A DNA stretch of 64,000 bases from Takakia lepidozioides. Its lineage: Eukaryota > Plantae > Bryophyta. Location of the stretch: assembly GCA_030704615.1 (NCBI GenBank), contig CM060734.1:50902001-50966000 (forward strand), read 5' to 3'. This document shows, piece after piece, positions 26,071 through 38,249 of the stretch (within the stretch, counting starts at the first letter, position 1; every line of letters starts with the position of its first letter). The notes under the pieces were generated by a model. The model saw only the letters and a program-made list of their open reading frames with translations, was not told the DNA's origin and searched no databases. The position numbers and the translations under genes are program-made.

Positions 26071-27518
26071 CTATCCCAAGCAGTGTGGACACAACCAATC
26101 TCCGTCAGGAACCTTCTCAAGAGGTGGTGTCAAGCATCCTATATGCCAACCCCTTGAGCATCGATCACACACCAGCATGGTGGCTGCCTCTTTGGCAGAC
26201 CCACAGAGCATGCACCTCAAACCTGCAGGTACCACTGCCAAATTTGGGTCAACTCTGCCATCGACATTGGGAAGGTGACATGGCGCACAATTACGCACAT
26301 GGTCCTTCCAAGTCATGCCATCCCGACCCTCTAAGATCAAGACCCCTGAGGGCAACACCTCTCGAACCCTCAGAATAACACGCCCTGCAGTAACATCCAG
26401 AGTCGTAGGAGCAGTCTGCTGCAAATAAACATAGTCACCAGGGCTAAACCTCCGAACCCCAGGATGATATCCTCCACCACGTATAGTGGCATACCTCAAC
26501 GTATCATGGTGATGTGCAATGGCAAAGTTCTCAAAAGCCATGGGCATGACTTTCTTGAACAACTCTGCACGCTGATCACATGCACGTACCCACACGTCCA
26601 GATCGTCAAGGTTAAGGACTTGAGCAGTGTCCCTACGAATGGCTGTAGGCAAATCCGGCTCTCGGCCAAAGAGAAGGAAATATGGTGAGAAAGAGGCAAG
26701 TGATGCTTGTTTGCTGAACCTGTAGCCCATGGCTAACCAATGAACCTGAAGATCCCAATCTCCTAGGTGTCCCTTCTGCAAGCCATACTTGCGCAAACCC
26801 CTCTTCACCGTTTGAACAACTCTCTCTGCTAAGCCATCGGCCTCAGGATGATCCCGAGAAGTGGTGCGGTGGTCTATCAAGGCTTTATCACACAAGGCCT
26901 GAAACTCCCCCAAGAACTCTCTCCCTTGGTCCGTGAATACCTCAGCTGGAGCACCCAATCGGCTAAGCACACGATCCAAGAATGCATACGCAGCCCCCTC
27001 ACTAGCCTTGTCAGGCAATGGAACCAACTCAATCCACTTGGAGAAGTGCTCCACCATTACCAACACATATCTGTGGTGACGCATAGTCAGTGACAACGGT
27101 CCTGCGAAGTCAAGACTCCACCTGTAGCCCAATCCCATGATTGGTAAATGATGCAACTGTGGTGTAGGGGCGTTGAATGAAGCACGCACCCTGTCACACA
27201 CCATGCACCTAGCCACAAACTGTTGCACCTCTGTATGTATGCCACGCCACCAATACTGCCCCTGCAGTAAACTGTGAGTGCGTCGCACTCCAAAATGCCC
27301 CAACTCCTCATGGGCATGCCGCACTAACCGTGCACACTGTGTGGGGTGAGGCACAATCCTCACCCGACCATCCTCCCACACTCGAAGTAGGTGTATCCCC
27401 TCCCACTTGAACCTCTTGGCTTGTTGCAGGATCCGATCCCTCTCCCTAGCAGTCACAGTGGCTGCCGTGTCTCCCGTGTGGAGGTAGTCCAACACAGCCG
27501 AATCCTCATGTATATCTC
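26071..27518 (-). pseudogene. DDE integrase plus C-terminal PHD finger of the outer element (open frame, cut off from pol by the nested insertion)
   Basis: HEELGHFG..CMVC, SLDFAGP, TDQGREF, DGLAER, SPYFLLFG, then the C4HC3 finger CMLC..CDRCSRGWHIGCLTPPL..GDWLCPHC. Confidence 0.92.
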
Positions 27519-28509
27519 TGTTAGAGGACTGTCTGGGATTTAGACACTTATACGGGATCTGTAGGGTACCCTTAATTTTTGCACAGACTGAGACCAACAG
27601 GAGCCTTAGGGGTGACAGCAGCGCATTGTAGAGGGGGGTTACACAGTCCGTCACAGTCGTCACAGCCAACACAGCCCGTCATAGCCGACATAGCCACACA
27701 GCCAGTCACAGCCAACACAGCCCGTCACAGCCGACACAGCCACACAGCCAGTCACAGCCCGACACAGCCAAACAACAGTCGCACAGCCAGTCATAGCCCG
27801 TCACAGTTTCACACAGCCAGTCACAGCTTGACACAGTTGTCACGACCATAGGGAACGGAGAGCAGGACAGGGAACGACTGTAGGGAACAACACCTGCAAA
27901 TGGAACATGTTAGTTCACGGACGACGGTTAGTGAGGGAAACGGTTAGAGCCACGGGTAGGAAGATAAAGGGAGAAGCAAGGACTGAGAAGGGGGACATAG
28001 ATATATTCTTGGAAGCACTTCAGGGGGAATGATTTCTTGGTCATGCATGAGAGGGGATCGGACGGAGAGTAAGAACGGAAGCAAAGATGGAGAGCACGGT
28101 GAAGGAGGAAAGATGATTAGTAGATGCTTGTTATATGCAAAGCTGTAGTGATATTGTAGAGCAGATTAGAGACACAATGGCTTCGGCCTGATACCTGATA
28201 AATCATAATCTGATACTTATACGATACAATCACACTGTGTAGAGAGATCTGAGTGAAGCTGTGGAATGAATGGATGAGTTGATAGAATCCGATAGATTGA
28301 TGAAGCAAACTGATACTTAATTATCAATGGTAAGGTAGCTAACATGAATGCGGAAAGGGAAACAAATAGGAAACACCCCCATGATACACTAGCTGTAGGT
28401 CATGACTGATTGTTCTGCGCGGGCTGAGTACTTAGAGATTTCCAACTCTTCTATCTTGGAGTTTCCGCCTCGGATAGCAAAGGGATGGATGAGTAAAAGC
28501 CGCGCGACA
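27519..28509 (+). repeat. Inner gypsy 5' LTR with CACAGC array
   Basis: TG..CA ends. Matches 35433-36315 except mainly for repeat copy number. Confidence 0.94.
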
Positions 28510-28529
28510 TTTGGCGACCATACTGGGGA

Positions 28530-31460
28530 ACTGAGTCATGAACAACCAGATGTGACAGGCATCTGGTGGGATCATGGTGGTTGGACCATTAAAGAATTTG
28601 AAGTGAATCAAATTCCCTGTGGAAACTTACAGGATGAAGTGGTGACTGGTTGGACAATCACAGCTGATGAGCAAGTGAGGGAAGTGAATGTGGGAACTAA
28701 AGAGGAACCGAGGATGGTGAAAGTAGGAGCTGATTTGGAGCCGGAATTCTTTGAAGAAGCTAAAAGCTTGTTCATCAAATACAGAGATGTATTTGCTTGG
28801 AGCTATGAGGATCTAAAAGGGATACCACCTGAAGTCTGTCAGCATAAGATTGAACTGGAACTAGGGTCAGTACCAATCAAGCAGGCGAGGTACAGAATGA
28901 ATCCCAACTACGCACAGAAGGTTGGAGAAGAGATTAAGAAGTTGGCTGAGGCTAAGTTTATATACCCAATAGAGTATACAACTTGGTTGTCACCCATTGT
29001 ATAGTTCCCAGAAGAATGGTAAACTAAGAGTTTGTGTGAACTACAAGAAGCTGAATGCTTGTACGAAGAAAGATCCTTTCCCTTTGCCATTCACAGAAGC
29101 AGTATTAGACACTGTGGCAGGCCATGAGATGTACTCATTCATGGATGGCTTTAGTGGTTATAATCAAGTGCAAGTGCAGAAGAAGACCAAGGAAAAACAG
29201 CTTTCATCACAGACTGGGGTGCTTATGCATACAAAGTCATGCCCTTTGGACTTTGTAATGCACCAGCGACCTTTCAGAGAGTGATAAGTGAATCTTTTCA
29301 TGAGTATCTGGATGATTTCATGCAGGTATTCTTGGATGATTTCAGTGTGTACAGTTCTAAGAATGAGCACTTACATAAATTGGAGTTATGTCTGGCCAGA
29401 TGCAGGATGAGAGGTCTGGGCCTGAATCCAGAGAAGTGTACTTTCTGTGTGAACTCAGGGGTGCTTCTGGGACACATTGTGTGTAAGAAGGGACTTCTTG
29501 TGGATCCCAGGAAGACAGAGTCCATTAAAGCCTCTCCACCACCAGTGAATGTTAAGAATCTAAGGAGATTCCTTGGGCAAACCAGTTATTACAGAAGATT
29601 TGTCAAAAGGTATGCACAAATAGCAGCACCATTGAGCAAGCTTCTGAAGAAAGATGCAGTGTTTGCCTGGACAGCTGAATGTCAACAGGCGTTTGAGGAA
29701 CTTACACTGTCAGTAACAACTACACCTGTGCTGATTAACCCTCACTGGCATGTGTATTTCATGTTCACTGCGATGCATCAGGGAGCGTTGGGAGCGGTGT
29801 TAGCCCAGAATGTTACAGGAAATATAGATTCACCTGTGTACTATGCTAGCAGGTTGATGAACAGTGCTGAAAGGAACTATAGCACAACGGAAAGAGAAGC
29901 ATTGGCAATGATCTATGCAGTGAAGAAATTCAGGCATTACCTGTTGGGCAAGAAGTTTATGTTCTATGTGGATCACCAGGCTCTGATATACCTGGTAAAC
30001 AAACCTCTGATAAGCGGAAGAATAGCAAGATGGTTGTAATAATCTTGCACGAGTTTGAGTTCGAGGTTGTTTACAAGCCTGGGAGACTGCATCTTGTGGC
30101 GGATCACTTGTCACGGTTATCAACAGGAGAACAGCCACAGGAATAGATGATCAATTACCAGATGCGAGTCTATTTGCAGTGGAGGTGCAGGGAAGTGCAG
30201 ATGACTGGTTAGATTGGCAGTGGCCAATCAGATACTACCTTGCTCATGGTCAGTGCCCACCTAGTTATGGTAAGGAGCAGAGGAAGAGAATCGCTATCAA
30301 AGCTTTACCTTATACTATGGTAGGAAGCAGAATGTATAAGCTAGGACTGATGGAGTACTAAAACGATGCTTGTACCACCATGAAGTAAATAAAGTTTTGG
30401 AGGAAGTTCATAAAGGAGTGGCTGGAGGTCATTTTGGAGAAGAGACTACCAGTAGGAAGATACTACTCGCAGGTTACTGGTGGCCTACTTTGTTCAAAGA
30501 TGTACACGAGTATTGTCAGTTGTGATGAATGTCAGAGGCTAGGACCTTTGCAGAGATCTGGAAGGATGGCCTTGCATCCTAATGCCTACGGAACCATTTC
30601 AGAAATGGGGACTAGACTTTGTTGGACCAATTAACCCACCAGCCAAGAATACACGGAACAGGTACATAATTACAGCCACTGATTATACTACGAAGTGGGT
30701 GGAAGCTAAAGCTTTGAGGGACAACACAGCCAAGTCCACAGCAAGGTTCCTGTATGAGAACATACTTACACGATTTGGCTGTCCCTTAGAATTTATCAGT
30801 GATCAGGGAAGTCACTTCATGAATGAGACCATTGAGTTGTTGACTAAAGAGTTCATGATTGTGCATAGAAAGAGTACAACATATTACCCACAGGGTAATG
30901 GGCAGGCAGAGGCTACCAACAAAATACTATGTACTATCTTGGCTAAGATAGTCAATGCAAACAGAACGGATTGGGATACAAAGCTGCTGACAGCTTTGTG
31001 GTCATACAGGACTTCATATAAAGTCACCACTAAGTATACACCATTCCAATTAGTTTATGGTATGGAAGCCTTACTTCCAGTGGAATTCCTGTTACCTACC
31101 ATGAGAACGGAGTGGGAAAGAGAATGGAATTGCAAGATTCCATTAAGGTCAGGAAACATGAATTATACCATGTGGAAGAAGTACGTGCTGATGCAGCTGA
31201 TAATATGACCAGAATTCAGATGAAGAGAAAGGAACAGTTTGATGAAGGCAAGTTAAAGACTTTTAAGACGGGGGATTTGGTTCTATGGTTGCAGAAGAAA
31301 GGAAAGATTAAAGCTTCTAAGCTTAAATCACCATGGAAAGGACCTTATGTCATACAAAAGATGTATGATAACAACACCGCCATGTTACAAACCATTAACA
31401 AAGAAATGCTGGGAAGAGTCAATGCCAATAAGTTAAAGGGATACAGTGGTATCCATGACA
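28530..31460 (+). pseudogene. Inner gypsy pol (RT-RNase H-integrase), frameshifted
   Basis: YRDVFAW, WLSPIV, MDGFSGYNQ, MPFGLCNAPATFQR, FLDDF, NYSTTEREALA, WGLDFVGP, SDQGSHF, QGNGQAE, WKGPY. Confidence 0.93.
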
Positions 31461-31574
31461 AACCCTTGCAGCATGATTTGCATGTTGAAACGCAAGAGCA
31501 GTCACGGGCTGCACCAGTGTTACCAACGGAGTATGGAGCACTTGTCGCTAGGCCAAGCATATATGACCAGGGTA

Positions 31575-31750
31575 GCCTATCACAGCCATCACAGCGTGAC
31601 ACAGCCTATCACAGCCAGCACGGCACAACACAGCCTATCACAACCTACCACCGCGTGTCACAGCCTATCACAGCTTACCACAGTGCATCACAGCAGCCTA
31701 TCACAGCGTACCACAGTATGACACAGCCTGTCACAGCTCAACACAGCCTA
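31575..31750 (+). repeat. Degenerate CACAGC tandem array inside the inner element
   Basis: Repeated cacagcctat/cacagc units. Confidence 0.85.
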
Positions 31751-32447
31751 CTAGGGTTACACGATCCATAGAATCAGTGACAGGTGGACGCACAATAACT
31801 TCAGGAAATGGCTGACGGAAGAAAAGACGGAAACAGTTTAAAAATAGACACGTGGAAGTTAGGGCGCGACACAAGCAGGAACAAGAACAGGTGTCATCAA
31901 GAAAGAGGACAAGAATGGCCGTCAAATACCTAATCAGCGCGTCAAATTGGATGAAGGCGGGCCCATTAATGAATACGGAAAAAGGGGAACGGAACAAACG
32001 GCAAGTACAGAAAAGCGAAATTCTTGTCACATGTGTGATCCTAGTGGACTATCCAGCAGGGAAAGTCCACTAAAGAAAATGAAATCTAAAATCCAGTCAC
32101 AGCGGTTACAGCCAATAGAAAGCCAGAGAAAGGATCAAGAAATTGGAGGGAAATTAAGCGCAAGAGGCGGCGTCGTTCTGAGTAACGGGCGTCTCGACGG
32201 GACAACCATCAATGCTATAGCTTGGAAACTATGGAGGAACTAACAGACTATACGCTCGCAATATTACTTACGCAGTGGCATAGACACGAAAGAACAGAGC
32301 GGAGCTTTTCTCTTGATCGATGCTTGCAAGCCCCACAGGCTTACAAGAAATTACCCATAGCTTTTTGTGGCAACCATACGTTTATGCTTTGTGCACTACA
32401 GGCATTTCTGCAGTTGTTACAGCCAAAACATTTCTGTGGGTCTAAAA

Positions 32448-35277
32448 TGAAGAGAGTGAGAGGAATGGAGGAAATCAGGGTGAAGAGCACCACAATTCTG
32501 CAGAACAAACGATTGCTACCCCACAGGCGATACAGATACTGAAGGAGCTGAGATTGCAAGGATTGCAAAGCATAGATTGGACATTGCACCATAGACAGTA
32601 CATGTTACAATTCTTGCAGAACTTTGAGCCAAGGACAGGAACAACAACGGTGAAGGGAGTTGAATTAGTAATTACTCCCTATACCTCCAGCAATTGTTTC
32701 GATTGCCAGCAGGTCAGGTGCATGTGGAGGAGCACAGGGCAAGACTGCAAATAGGGGACTTATTCCAAGAAGGGAGTTTCTTTAAAACTCAGGGTTATGC
32801 TTGTACCAAGGCCGTGTACCCAGGGCTAAAGGAGGTAGGCCAGGTATTGAACGTTCTGATTGCCATGAAAAAGAACCAACAGTATTTGAGCAGATCCTTC
32901 ACGGAGGAAATACTCAAAGCCCTGAAAGGACAAGAGGTAGAATGGGCGGACATAATGTACAACGCACTGGTAGAGGAGATGAAAAGATTACAAGGTACTA
33001 CCGCAAAGTCTCCTATCATAGTGTCTGGCCCAATCATTGCTCAAATAATTCTTGATTCTGGCATACTTGATGCGCAAGAAAGAAAGAAGATGGGAGTGTT
33101 TGAGCCAGAAACCACTGCAATGGAAGAGCAAGGCTCTTCACACAGTGAGGGTGGACTAGCAGGGCAACCCGAGACTAAGAGGCAGAGACGGGGAAAGACT
33201 GTAGTGGCGGATCCACTGGCTTCACGGATTCCGCATGATAATGTTTCCCAAGCTCATGTGCAGGAAGGGGCACAGCAGCACAGAGAACTGCTATTACTGG
33301 AAGCAGGACCTTCAGAGAGGGAGAGGAAGTTACTTCAGTATCACAGCCATCACAGCCAGCTGATCGGCTTGTCACAAGGTTACAAGTTGTCCATGCAGCT
33401 CAACCAGAAATAATTGATTTGGAAAAAGAAGGGTTAGATATTCCAACTACAGAACAGATAGTGGCAGAAATTGAAAAGGGGACCTTCTCTATGAATATTC
33501 TGGTCTGGTCAAGGAGACAGAGATTCCAGAGGTGCAACATTGCCCAAGGGAAATCCTGAGGTGCATATAATACACACACCTGTGTCGGAGGTACCACAGG
33601 TAGAATGTCAAGACACTGCAGCACCGGTGATGGATGAAGTGGTTCAGGAAGAAAATCCGGTGGGACAATGGCCTGAGTGGTTCGTGAGACATCACACTGT
33701 TGAGGATCAGGAGAACAGCAACAACCTCACCATGATGACCCTCAACAGGCAATGCTGATGAGTTCCATAGGCACTTAATTTGTTGGGGACTTATGTCAAA
33801 TCCCATGTTCCAACTACCCAATTGACAGCCTTGAGAGAGGAACTCAGGAAGGAGTTTGAGGCTCGACTAGCCACTGAGTGTGCAAACAAGGTCGATGAAA
33901 GGTCACTCTCAAGATGCAGCAGGACTTGGAAAATACAGAAGCGGCTTTGCAATTGGCCAAGGAACAATTGATTGAGGCAGGCCTCGCGCAAGACCAGTTG
34001 CACGAAGCACATAAGCAACAGCTATACCAAATGCAGGTGCAGCATGAAAGCAAGTTGCAAGAAGTGAATGCACTACATACGGAGTTGCAGACAGTGCATG
34101 ACAGGATGGCGATACAATGTGCTACATTCACAACTATGCTTGACCAATCTACAAAAGAAATAAACAGTCAAGCGGAAAAATGTAAAGGCAGAAGCAGAGA
34201 ATGTTGAGCAAATGAACTCATTGTCGATATGAAGAATACAATCTGTCGCAATGAGGATACTTTCAAGCAATACAGGCAGATTGAAGCTGATCAAGAGAAG
34301 TACATCCTGGAGTTGCAACAAACGCTCATGGCCAATAGAAATGAAATCTCGGTCACTAACAAGGCTTGGAAGGAAGCTAATAATCTACTTGCTGCCTATG
34401 CGAATTGGTTGAACCTCATGCGAAGCGCATGGAGGCTTTACAACAGCAGTTAGAAGTGTACAAACTCAGAGAGGAGCACACTCAGAGGAACCACAAGCAA
34501 CTTGGTGGATAACAGCCTTATGCAGGTCTGGTTAGCACAAGGGCCAGTGGAGGGCAAAGCACCACGAAAGCTCACCCAAAGCGAGATGAATGAGCTCAGA
34601 CTGCAAGTGTGCAGAACATTGCCACAACTACTATAGACAATGTCTATAGTAGGATAGCAGAGTTACAGAGGATGTAGACGGACTGCAGACTCAAGTGGAG
34701 GACCTCACTTCAAAATATCGACAAAAGAGTCTATATCCCTCAGGAACAGCTAATGGCTTCTTATTTACAAGCCAGAACTTTGGCTTTTCAGTCTTCACAG
34801 GAGGTGCAGGAGGAGATGCCAATGATACAAGAGCCAGTACCACCAAAACCACAACAAGTCACTGTACCAGTAGCTGAACCTGTTGTTACTACAACCACAC
34901 CACAGCCACCACAGCCTGAGGTATGGGGCAATGCTGCTTTTAACCCACCTAAAACTCCAGCTGCAAGGGAGTACAGTAGGGCTATGATTATGCCCTTCAA
35001 CCAAATTCCCATCATGTTGGATTTGGCTTGGAAAGAATTTAGTCCTCCGCAGTCATTCGCACATTACTACCAAATCATGCGTATTTGGCTGCCAGTGGCA
35101 ACTAGGACTAAAGTTCTTCCGAACAATCGACATATTGAGGATCATCACTTTGCACAATACTGGCATGAGGCAAGTACAATGTTGAAGGAATTAATTGCCT
35201 TCCAAGTTGTACATGGATTCATTTATACCAAGACCAAGGAGGTAGCAAGTATTAGAGGGCCTCACTTATCCTGGTAG
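32448..35277 (+). pseudogene. Extra sense ORF(s) between integrase and the 3' LTR: plant-retrotransposon accessory-type domain, coiled coil and a 174-aa ORF
   Basis: The pattern FLQNF..TVKGVELVIT..FRLPAG..VEWADIMYNAL resembles accessory ORFs of plant non-chromoviruses. Coiled-coil fragments at 33800-34450; ORF 34753-35277. Confidence 0.55.
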
Positions 35278-35432
35278 TGTTCAAACATCTCCGTCAACCA
35301 GTGACAGACCTCGGGCTCGTATACACAGTCCGCCACAAAACTCTCAACGTCAGAAAGGTGCTCACTCACAAAGGTTTGCTAATCGCAATCAGTAAACCGT
35401 GAGGACACGGCTTTTGAGAGGGGAAGGGGTAA

Positions 35433-36315
35433 TGTTAGAGGACTGTCTGGGACTTAGACACTTATACGGGATCTGTAGGGTACCCTTAATTTTTGCACAG
35501 ACTGAGACCAACAGGAGCCTTAGGGGTGACAGCAGCGCACTGTAGAGTGTTACACAGTCCGTCACAGCCAACACAGCACAGTCACAGCCACACACAGCCA
35601 CAACACAGCAGTCACAGCCCGTCACAGTTCACACAGCCAGTCACAGCTTTCACGACCATAGGGAACGGAGAGCAGGACAAGGAACGACTGTAGGGAACAA
35701 CACCTGCAAATGGAACATGTTAGTTCACGGACGACGGTTAGTGAGGGAAACGGTTAGAGCCACGGGTAGGAAGATAAAGGGAGAAGCAAGGACTGAGAAG
35801 GGGGGGATATATTCTTGGAAGCACTTCAGGGGGAAGGATTTCTTGGTCATGCATGAGAGGGGATCGGACGGAGAGTAAGAACGGAAGCAAAGATGGAGAG
35901 CACGGTGAAGGAGGAAAGATGATTAGTAGATGCTTGTTATATGCAAAGCTGTAGTGATATTGTAGAGCAGATTAGAGACACAATGGCTTCGGCCTGATAC
36001 CTGATAAATCATAATCTGATACTTATACGATACAATCACACTGTGTAGAGAGATCTGAGTGAAGCTGTGGAATGAATGGATGAGTTGATAGAATCCGATA
36101 GATTGATGAAGCAAACTGATACTTAATTATCAATGGTAAGGTAGCTAACACGAATGCGGAAAGGGAAACAAATAGGAAACACCCCCATGATACACTAGCT
36201 GTAGGTCATGACTGATTGTTCTGCGCGGGCTGAGTACTTAGAGATTTCCAACTCTTCTATCTTGGAGTTTCCGCCTCGGATAGCGAAGGGAAGGGTGAGT
36301 AAAAGCCGCGCGATA
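35433..36315 (+). repeat. Inner gypsy 3' LTR
   Basis: TG..TA (terminal CA mutated), followed by the TSD. Confidence 0.94.
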
Positions 36316-36439
36316 ATCTCTGGCACCACCTGGCTCATCACTAGCCTCAGGGTCCTCAGACACTCCGTCTAAAGTCATCCCTATTGTAGGTCAACCTGAC
36401 CTCCCGATGCCAAGATACACAAAAATGCAGATGCGTGCC

Positions 36440-37900
36440 ATCCCGGCACCATCTCCTCGTCCGTCTCACCATGCCACGAGCTCCAGTGTCATCCTGCTGG
36501 CTCATGCATGGATTGCGACTCAATCCATCCGCATCCCGATTGACCAAACCTGGTCGATGCACAACCTGAAAGTCATACTCCTGGAGTATGAGTGCCCACC
36601 GTGCAAGCTTCCCGTAAGCCTGACTCCATCAACCACTTGAGTGGCTGGTGATCCGTGACAAGGGTGAAAAGATTGCCGTATAGATAGCACCTGAAGTGTG
36701 CCACGGCCTACACTGCAGCTAAGCACTCTCCCTCATATGACTACAGCCTCTGCAGCGTTGTTCGAGCGGCTAGCGTAAGCCACTACGAACTCTCTTCCCT
36801 CATCATCCACCTGTGTGAGCACCGCTCCAAGCCCCAGCATGCTCCAATCCGTATGCAGCTGAAAGGGACGCCCCCTGATAGGTCGTCTCAAGATAGGCGC
36901 CGAGGTCAACCTCGCCTTGAGCTCTTGAAAAGCTTGTTCCTGCTCATCTTCCCACTGCCACTCCTGGTCCACCTTGGTCAGCTTGGTTAGAGCCTTTGCA
37001 ATGGTACTAAATCCCTTGACAAACCGTCTATAATAGTTTGCCAACCCCATGAAAGCTCGAACTCGGCTCACATCCGTGGGGCGTGGAATTTGTGCAATGG
37101 CCTCTACCTTAGTCTGCTGTACCCCCAATCCTCCAGGATATATCATGTGACCCAGATACTCAATCTGGTTGTGGAAAAACTTGCACTTCCCCGGATGCAA
37201 CGTGCTCTCAAGCGCTCCAATACCACCTGAAGGTGTCTCTCATGCTCCTCCATCGTAACACTAAAGATGATGATGTCATCTATGTAGCACCGAGCAAAGT
37301 CCACCCCTGCTAGAATCCTATCCATGACTCTGAAACTCTGCAGGAGCATTCTTAAGCCCAAATGGTAAGAACCGCCACTGATATAGGCAATCCTTGCCGT
37401 GCTCATTGATCCCCCAGAATGCCGTCTTCTGCTTGTCCGCCTCCTTGATTGGCAACTGGTGATATCCGGATCGTAAATCCAAAGTGCTAAAGGCCTTAGC
37501 ATGCCCGATGGCATCAAAGATCTCCTCTGGTGTTGGCATGGCATACTTATCGGACTTGGTCTGACGATTTACAGGCCGGTAATCACCGCACATACGTCTC
37601 TCCGTCCAATTGCCATAGACATCCTTCTTGGCTGGCATCACTGTGGCTGAAGCATACTCTCCACCAGAGAGCTCCACCAAAACCTGCCTCCCAGAGATCT
37701 TGAGTCCTCATCTGAATCAAAGACCTCTCCATCACTGTATTCTATAGGGTCTCCGAAAGATTGGCGTGTCAGTGGCCAACTCAATACGGATCTCTTGACC
37801 CTTCAGTGCTCCCAAGTCCTTCAAACTGAAGGCAAAGCAATTCCTGTAAGCCCTCAGGAACCGCCGTATACGTCGTCTCTCTCCTCCGGTGACAATGGGT
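36440..37900 (-). pseudogene. RT and RNase H of the outer element
   Basis: [75 protein letters not shown]. Confidence 0.93.
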
Positions 37901-38249
37901 CCAATGTCAGGCTCCCAATTGTCCTCCGTAACTGCAACCTTAAGTCCAGTGGGCTTAGAGGTAGAGGACGCGTCCAGTGGTTGCTATGTTGCAACCTCTT
38001 GAGCAGTACTCCCTACCTGCTCAGTCAATGACAAGGCCTCATCCTGCCCCATCATCTCATCCTTGAGGACCTCCTCAACCCGAGAAGAATCCCCAACCTC
38101 ATCCATCACAGCCGCCTTGGCTGCCAACTCCCTCTGAACCTCGAGCACCTCCCACGTGTGCCATGGATGCATGCACCCCGTGGTCCTCACATGCTCGCCC
38201 CCACTCACTGCCTGTACCGTCTCGGTAGGCAGAGAGACCATGAGGGAAG

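Larger units (their letters stand above)
27519..36315 (+). mobile_element. Nested non-chromovirus Ty3/gypsy element lacking gag and protease, with 3' extra ORFs
   Basis: LTRs 27519-28509 and 35433-36315. TSD ATCTC at 27514-27518 and 36316-36320. PBS-like TGGCGACCATACTGGGGA at 28512-28529. PPT GAGAGGGGAAGGGG at ~35416-35429. Confidence 0.94.

Noticed and set aside
27519-27672. N-terminal 50 aa of ORF 26071-27672 as part of integrase
   Set aside because: It is antisense read-through from the nested LTR; the real upstream sequence resumes at 36321.
27640-27845. CACAGC and CCACTAGT arrays as a CRISPR-like array
   Set aside because: Short degenerate units with no unique spacers, located inside eukaryotic LTRs, and no cas genes.
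28117-28308. Identical 63-aa ORFs at 28117 and 35923
   Set aside because: They are identical only because they lie in the two LTRs; no protein features.
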